Origin: an uncultured Hyphomicrobiales bacterium
Lineage (GTDB): Bacteria; Bacteroidota; Ignavibacteria; Kapaibacteriales; UBA2268
Assembly (NCBI GenBank): GCA_964462685.1
Contig: CAYWYR010000001.1
Coordinates: 108,137 to 172,136 of the forward strand
Reading direction: 5' to 3'
DNA length: 64,000 bases
The position numbers were made by a program, and so were the translations under genes. Below are positions 59,403 through 64,000 of this stretch, one piece after another. Each line of letters starts with the position of its first letter. Positions within the stretch are counted from its first letter, which is position 1. Under the pieces are notes generated by a model. It ran no database searches, was not told the origin of the DNA, and was given only the letters and a program-made list of their open reading frames with translations.

Positions 59403-59699
59403 TTATATATTATTCGCATCGATTTTATCATAGTGCGAGTGTGTTCCTATAAATCGAATAAAAGCCCATTGCTTTTCATAATTAAACTTAACTACCAGCC
59501 GGAACGAATTACCTTTTATATTAAAAACAGCTCTTCCGTTTTTTAGAATACTCGCGTTCGCATATACTCTTTTGATATCAGAAGGAGATTTCCAATCGGC
59601 CTTCTTCGCAGTATCATACCATGTTTTAAGGTATTGCTCAGAATCATTATAGATATTCCAAAAATCTATAAGGGCTTTTTTAGATACTATTCGTTTCAT
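59403..59699 (-). CDS. higB: HigB-like toxin (RelE/ParE superfamily mRNA interferase)
   Basis: 98 aa. VFNIKGNSFRLVVKFNYEKQWAFIRFIGTHSHYDKI matches the conserved HigB core. The toxin gene precedes the antitoxin. Confidence 0.65.
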   Translation of the reverse strand: MKRIVSKKALIDFWNIYNDSEQYLKTWYDTAKKADWKSPSDIKRVYANASILKNGRAVFNIKGNSFRLVVKFNYEKQWAFIRFIGTHSHYDKIDANNI

Positions 59700-59747
59700 T
59701 ATGATCCAAAGTTACGAAAAGTTCTCTAAATACGAACATATCTCAAT

Positions 59748-60494
59748 TCAATACTCAGCACCGACAAAATATAGACCGCTGGCTGGGGCTAAGGGGGAAT
59801 TTAGCGTTCTGTCTTTTGCTAATAGCGCCTTTTTAAGCTCGGTCTCGCTTCTATGGCCCCTTCCAACATCTATCATAGCCCCTACCAGTGAGCGAACCAT
59901 ACCGTAAATAAACCTATCGGCTTTTACTCTATAGTGATATTCGTTATCGCTAATCTTTTCCCAAGAGCTAATATCTATATTACAGAGCGTATTTTTAGTA
60001 TCAGGGTTGTTCTTCGAGAAAGTAGTGAAATCAAAGCTACCGAGAAAAATCTTTGATGAACGCTCAAGCCCATCAAAATTTAGATCATAGAAGGTATATC
60101 CTTTGGTATCTATACCGAATACATCTCTTTTAGTTGTCAGCTTATAAAGATAACTTCTCCTTTTGGCATCGAATCTCGCGTTGAAACCCTTTTTTACTTC
60201 AACTACCGATATCACTCTTATATCATAAGGGAGTAGAGAGTTGATAGCTTTCGGTATCTTATCGAACGGGATGTTTTTGGAGGGGAGGACCATCGATACT
60301 GGCATAGCCAAGGCATGTACACCGCTATCGGTCCTGCCTGCCCCGGTAGTCGCCACTTGAACTCCATAAAGTTTTCGAAGAGCGTTTTCGAGGGTTTCCT
60401 GAACCGAGAGTGCGTTTTTCTGATTTTGCCACCCTGCGTAACCCGATCCGTTATATGCTAGTTTGATAAGAATGTTCATCAACAAAATTATCAA
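59748..60494 (-). CDS. truA: tRNA pseudouridine(38-40) synthase TruA
   Basis: LAYNGSGYAGWQNQ ... GAGRTDSGVHA catalytic Asp motif. Confidence 0.85.
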   Translation of the reverse strand: MIILLMNILIKLAYNGSGYAGWQNQKNALSVQETLENALRKLYGVQVATTGAGRTDSGVHALAMPVSMVLPSKNIPFDKIPKAINSLLPYDIRVISVVEVKKGFNARFDAKRRSYLYKLTTKRDVFGIDTKGYTFYDLNFDGLERSSKIFLGSFDFTTFSKNNPDTKNTLCNIDISSWEKISDNEYHYRVKADRFIYGMVRSLVGAMIDVGRGHRSETELKKALLAKDRTLNSPLAPASGLYFVGAEY

Positions 60495-60502
60495 AAAAAG
60501 AT

Positions 60503-60533
60503 TTGGTAGTTACCCTTTATTCACATATTTTTG
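60503..60533 (+). promoter_or_regulatory. TTG-N20-TAttTTTG promoter upstream of tRNA-Leu(UAG)
   Basis: TTG at 60503-60505, a 20-nt spacer, then TATTTTTG at 60526-60533, 14 nt before the tRNA 5' end. Confidence 0.45.
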
Positions 60534-60547
60534 TACACTAATTCTTT

Positions 60548-60629
60548 GCGGATGTGGCGGAACTGGTAGACGCGCTAGATTTAGGATCTAGTGCCGCAAG
60601 GCGTGTGAGTTCGATTCTCTCCATCCGTA
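60548..60629 (+). tRNA. tRNA-Leu (anticodon UAG)
   Basis: GCGGATGTGGCGGAACTGGTAGACGC. Anticodon stem-loop cuaga-uuUAGga-ucuag. Long variable arm. T-arm GAGTTCGATTCTC. Confidence 0.85.
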
Positions 60630-60723
60630 CTAACGAATAACTTAAAAAGCAAGATACACCGCTGTTTCTTGCTTTTTTTGTATATACCTGAAATCACCTT
60701 ATAATCACTTTTAGGATTCCACT

Positions 60724-62193
60724 TTGGAACATAAGATAGAAAATATAAGCCCGAGCAAGAAGAAAATAGACTTCACTATATCAACTGAAGAGCTTCAGCC
60801 GCATTACGATCAGGCCTACAGAAAGGCTAGGAAGAATATATCTCAGCCAGGCTTCAGAAAAGGGAAGGTTCCTGTAAGTGTAATAAAGAAGAAGTACGGG
60901 CCCGCTATCGAAAATGAAGCTAGCCAGGATATCATAAACCAAGAGTTCGGAAAATTCGCACAGGAGCAACAGCTAAGAATAGTTGGCACCCCGAATCTGA
61001 CCGATATTAAAAAGAATGAAGACGGTTCGCTATCATTTGTAATCGAGTTTGATACCATACCTGATGTACAGCTCAGCGATTACAAGGGTTTGACGATTGA
61101 TGAGCCGATGCATGCCGTTTCAGATGATGAAATAAGAGATGAGCTGGATAATATTCTCAGAAACCAAGGTGATCTTGAGCCGGCCGATCAGGTGGAAGAT
61201 GAGCATCACGTCGTAGGTTTGACTCTCAGAACAATCGACAAAGAAACCAACGAAGTATCTCAGGAAGATGAGCCGCAAGAGACGAATGTTTATCTGGCTG
61301 ATAAAAATGTACTCCCTGAGATGAAAGAACTACTTCTGAATACTAAAGCAGGAGACACGTTCAGGTTCACCCCTGACGACCATACCCATTCACATGATGA
61401 CGGTGAAGATCACGACCACCAAGCACATGAGCATACAGAGTATGAAGTAACTGTAAACGATATTCAAAAGCTTGTTCCGAAAGAACTGAATGAAGACTTC
61501 GTAAAAGAGTACACAAAAGAAAGATTCTCTGATCCAGATGATCTGAAAGAAGAGATCGGCTATCAATTACAAGAGCAATGGGATAAGCAATCACGCCAGG
61601 TAATGGAAAACCAAATAGTTGATAAGCTGGTATCGGATAATGATGTGGAAGCTCCTGAATCGGCGGTAAGGGAAATGACCGATGTTATCTATGCCGATAT
61701 GCACAAACGCTATGGTGGCACGCCGGAAAACAGACCTGATCTTACCGAAGAAATGAGAATTGAACTTGCCCCTATGGCTGAAAAATCAGTAAAATGGGAG
61801 ATTATCAGAGGGCAGATAGTCAGGGAAGAAGGACTGACGGTAGAAGATCACGATATCGAGCCTTTCGCACAGCAAGAAGCAGCCAGGGCTGGCATGGAAG
61901 CGGATAAGGTACTTAAGATGCTGAAAAGCAATCCACAGTTCACTACTTCTATACTTTCTAAAAAAGTTATGGATCTTATCCTGGATTTTGCCATTACTCA
62001 GGAAACTGATTTTGAAGGCAACCCTATAGATCAGACTTCATTCTCATCAACTGCCTATACAGATAACGATGATGAACAAGAAGCAGATCAGACTACAGAA
62101 GAAAAACCTTTATCAAAAGACTCTTCTGATGATAAAAAGTATAAGGAAGAAAAACCTAAGAAGAAAAAGAAATCAAAGAAGAAAGAAGACTAA
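60724..62193 (+). CDS. tig: Trigger factor (TTG start), with an unusual C-terminal acidic and Lys-rich tail of about 70 aa
   Basis: KIDFTISTEELQPHYDQAYRKARKNISQPGFRKGKVP is the trigger-factor ribosome-binding N-domain. A PPIase-like middle domain. The tail ends KPKKKKKSKKKED. Confidence 0.8.
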   Translation: MEHKIENISPSKKKIDFTISTEELQPHYDQAYRKARKNISQPGFRKGKVPVSVIKKKYGPAIENEASQDIINQEFGKFAQEQQLRIVGTPNLTDIKKNEDGSLSFVIEFDTIPDVQLSDYKGLTIDEPMHAVSDDEIRDELDNILRNQGDLEPADQVEDEHHVVGLTLRTIDKETNEVSQEDEPQETNVYLADKNVLPEMKELLLNTKAGDTFRFTPDDHTHSHDDGEDHDHQAHEHTEYEVTVNDIQKLVPKELNEDFVKEYTKERFSDPDDLKEEIGYQLQEQWDKQSRQVMENQIVDKLVSDNDVEAPESAVREMTDVIYADMHKRYGGTPENRPDLTEEMRIELAPMAEKSVKWEIIRGQIVREEGLTVEDHDIEPFAQQEAARAGMEADKVLKMLKSNPQFTTSILSKKVMDLILDFAITQETDFEGNPIDQTSFSSTAYTDNDDEQEADQTTEEKPLSKDSSDDKKYKEEKPKKKKKSKKKED

Positions 62194-62220
62194 ACCACAG
62201 TAACTATATTACTATGAACA

Positions 62221-62257
62221 AGCCTATCCTCAATAAAGTGGATGGGCTTTTTTTTAT
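62221..62257 (+). terminator. Rho-independent terminator after tig
   Basis: agcctatcc ... ggatgggct stem followed by T9. Confidence 0.55.
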
Positions 62258-62287
62258 TCTAAAAAATTAAAGAGATTTGTAAGGATA

Positions 62288-64000
62288 TTAATTTGATCTG
62301 ATTATATCCAACGCCTGTTCGCTTGCATTTAGAAGTGGCTCTATAGATAGTGGATGGCCCACCGCACGCTTCATCCATACATCTGGTGGTAATTTTCCCT
62401 GGGATAGAATACGCTGCATTTCTTCCGCTAAGTCTTTGCCTTCCATATACTGCTCTAATTGAAACTGGGCTAAATACCCGACTGGGTAAGATGCCAGGTA
62501 AAGCGGATAATCTATCATGTGGGAATAAACTGCGAGAATAGGGGAGCCTGGGCTTCCGAATATCGGGGCGTAATACTCATCCCAAACTTCGGCGGCTATC
62601 TCGATCGTCCGGTCGCGAAGTTCGGCGGGTGTAACTTCCGGATTATCATATAGCCACTTCCAAAGTCTCATATCAACTAAGGATACGCCCATCATTTCAT
62701 AATTAGTCCATAAGTTGTCCAGGGTTGTCAGATGTTTGCCAATGCCATCTGGTTTCGGCATACCGAGAAGTGGTAAATCCCTGCTTTGGAAAACAAACGC
62801 CGTTGCTTCGGAAAAGGCGGTATTAGGCACTCCGTTCATAATATAATAGGGAGTATCATGTAGGGAAATAGTCTGTTCTATATTGTGTCCGAACTCATGT
62901 ACTGCGATATTATATCCTTTGTAATCCATGCCTTCGGGTTTGATATGTGTACGGAGGCGGGACTTATCAGATTTCATCTGAGCTCCCCATGCATGCCCTG
63001 CTCCACGGCTTGCGTCAACTTCCACCTGCTCGGCTAGGAAAGCTGCTCTTTCATTTTCAAAACCTAACTCTTTCAGTATTCTCGGTAAATCAGCTTTAAA
63101 AGCCGCTGCGTCAGGATACCTATCGCGTGTTATAGCCGATAGTTCATCTTCATTGATGTTGGAGCGTGCTTTAAAACCGTCATACCATATATCCCACGGT
63201 TCTAGCTGCCTACCCAGTCTATCCTGAACCAGCTCAGCGGTTTTCTTAATGGTTTCTGAAGAGATGAGAGCAGTAAAAAGGCTGTCGATTTTTTCAAAGG
63301 AATAGCCCATCTCCCCTTCAAATTTTCGAACTATATAATTCTGATCTTTGGGGTAGAACGAGTCCGCATTTCTTACCGCTAAGAAATTATCCAAAAGATA
63401 CTGATAACGTACTGTTGACTCTGGAGCAGCTTGTGTTTCACCTGATTCACCGTATATTTTGTTTTCTATAGGATCCCATTTATATTCTGACTTATTGATT
63501 ACTTCATTTGGTATATCTTGGGTGATGATATTTAGCATCACATTATAGACTAGTTCCTGTTTTCGATAACCATTATCTTTGTTGGCATAATTGGATTTGA
63601 TCTCATCACGTAGATTCCAATGTGAAATTAGCCTCATATCTTCTGGAAAAGGAGAGTTCATATCTTTATCTACTACCTTACCCATATAGATATAGTATTC
63701 ACTTATATATTTATCAGATTTATTTTGAGCGTCTGAGACCATTAGCCCAGCTTCTGGCCCAACCCTAGAGGAAAAAAGGTCGCCGGCCGCTGCCATAGCC
63801 CACTGTTTATCTGTCCAAGTCTCTTCGTTACTGAGTTTTTCTTCTAAAGTATATTGGGGGAAGTTGAGAGCAATAAAAAAGGCGGTCTTGTTCTTGAACA
63901 TATCCTCGGCAAAATGGGATGAAGGTTCCCAGTCAGCCATCATGCCCTCTAACTCGCCAATCTCTCCTGAATCTGTATGAACAGGCATCTTTAGTTGCAC
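62288..64000 (-). CDS. Second gluzincin peptidase paralog (M2/ACE-like). N-terminally truncated by the window edge.
   Basis: HEFGHNIEQ followed by FSEATAFVFQ at the same spacing as HEFGH ... TEAIAMLFG in 7435..9033. Confidence 0.55.
   Translation of the reverse strand: MQLKMPVHTDSGEIGELEGMMADWEPSSHFAEDMFKNKTAFFIALNFPQYTLEEKLSNEETWTDKQWAMAAAGDLFSSRVGPEAGLMVSDAQNKSDKYISEYYIYMGKVVDKDMNSPFPEDMRLISHWNLRDEIKSNYANKDNGYRKQELVYNVMLNIITQDIPNEVINKSEYKWDPIENKIYGESGETQAAPESTVRYQYLLDNFLAVRNADSFYPKDQNYIVRKFEGEMGYSFEKIDSLFTALISSETIKKTAELVQDRLGRQLEPWDIWYDGFKARSNINEDELSAITRDRYPDAAAFKADLPRILKELGFENERAAFLAEQVEVDASRGAGHAWGAQMKSDKSRLRTHIKPEGMDYKGYNIAVHEFGHNIEQTISLHDTPYYIMNGVPNTAFSEATAFVFQSRDLPLLGMPKPDGIGKHLTTLDNLWTNYEMMGVSLVDMRLWKWLYDNPEVTPAELRDRTIEIAAEVWDEYYAPIFGSPGSPILAVYSHMIDYPLYLASYPVGYLAQFQLEQYMEGKDLAEEMQRILSQGKLPPDVWMKRAVGHPLSIEPLLNASEQALDIIRSN

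Overview
This is a 64 kb chromosomal window from a bacterium of the Fibrobacteres-Chlorobi-Bacteroidetes (FCB) type, about 40% GC. Several large secreted proteins end in T9SS (Por) C-terminal sorting domains. Every tRNA gene and rplU is preceded by a Bacteroidetes-style promoter, TTG-N19/20-TAnnTTTG.

Most genes are housekeeping: ruvA; a partial complex I cluster (nuoG, nuoH, nuoI only); rplU-rpmA; tonB; pdxJ; der; clpP-clpX; an ispB-like polyprenyl synthase; tatC; obg; purH; ispF; ruvX; truA; tig; an acyl-CoA dehydrogenase; a HAL/PAL-family ammonia-lyase; two ABC-2 transporter pairs; and five tRNAs (Leu-UAA, Val-UAC, Leu-CAA, Ser-UGA, Leu-UAG).

Accessory-looking content worth a second look:
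- A 3.4 kb AT-rich islet sits directly 3' of tRNA-Leu(UAA). It is bounded by a 22-bp direct repeat of the tRNA 3' end, encodes cysteine-rich secreted proteins (one with a T9SS tail), has no integrase, and contains one gene interrupted by a single in-frame TAA.
- A modular, mosaic family of intergenic repeats occurs at four loci, in both orientations. One copy flanks a umuDC error-prone-repair cassette.
- A HigB/HigA toxin-antitoxin pair.
- Tandem AT-rich lipoprotein paralogs next to a Met-rich lipoprotein.
- Three paralogous giant BNR/Asp-box beta-propeller surface proteins; one carries about ten FN3-like repeats and a T9SS C-terminal domain.
- Two ACE-like (M2-type) gluzincin peptidase paralogs, one at each window edge.

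No CRISPR array, integrase, transposase or rRNA was recognised.
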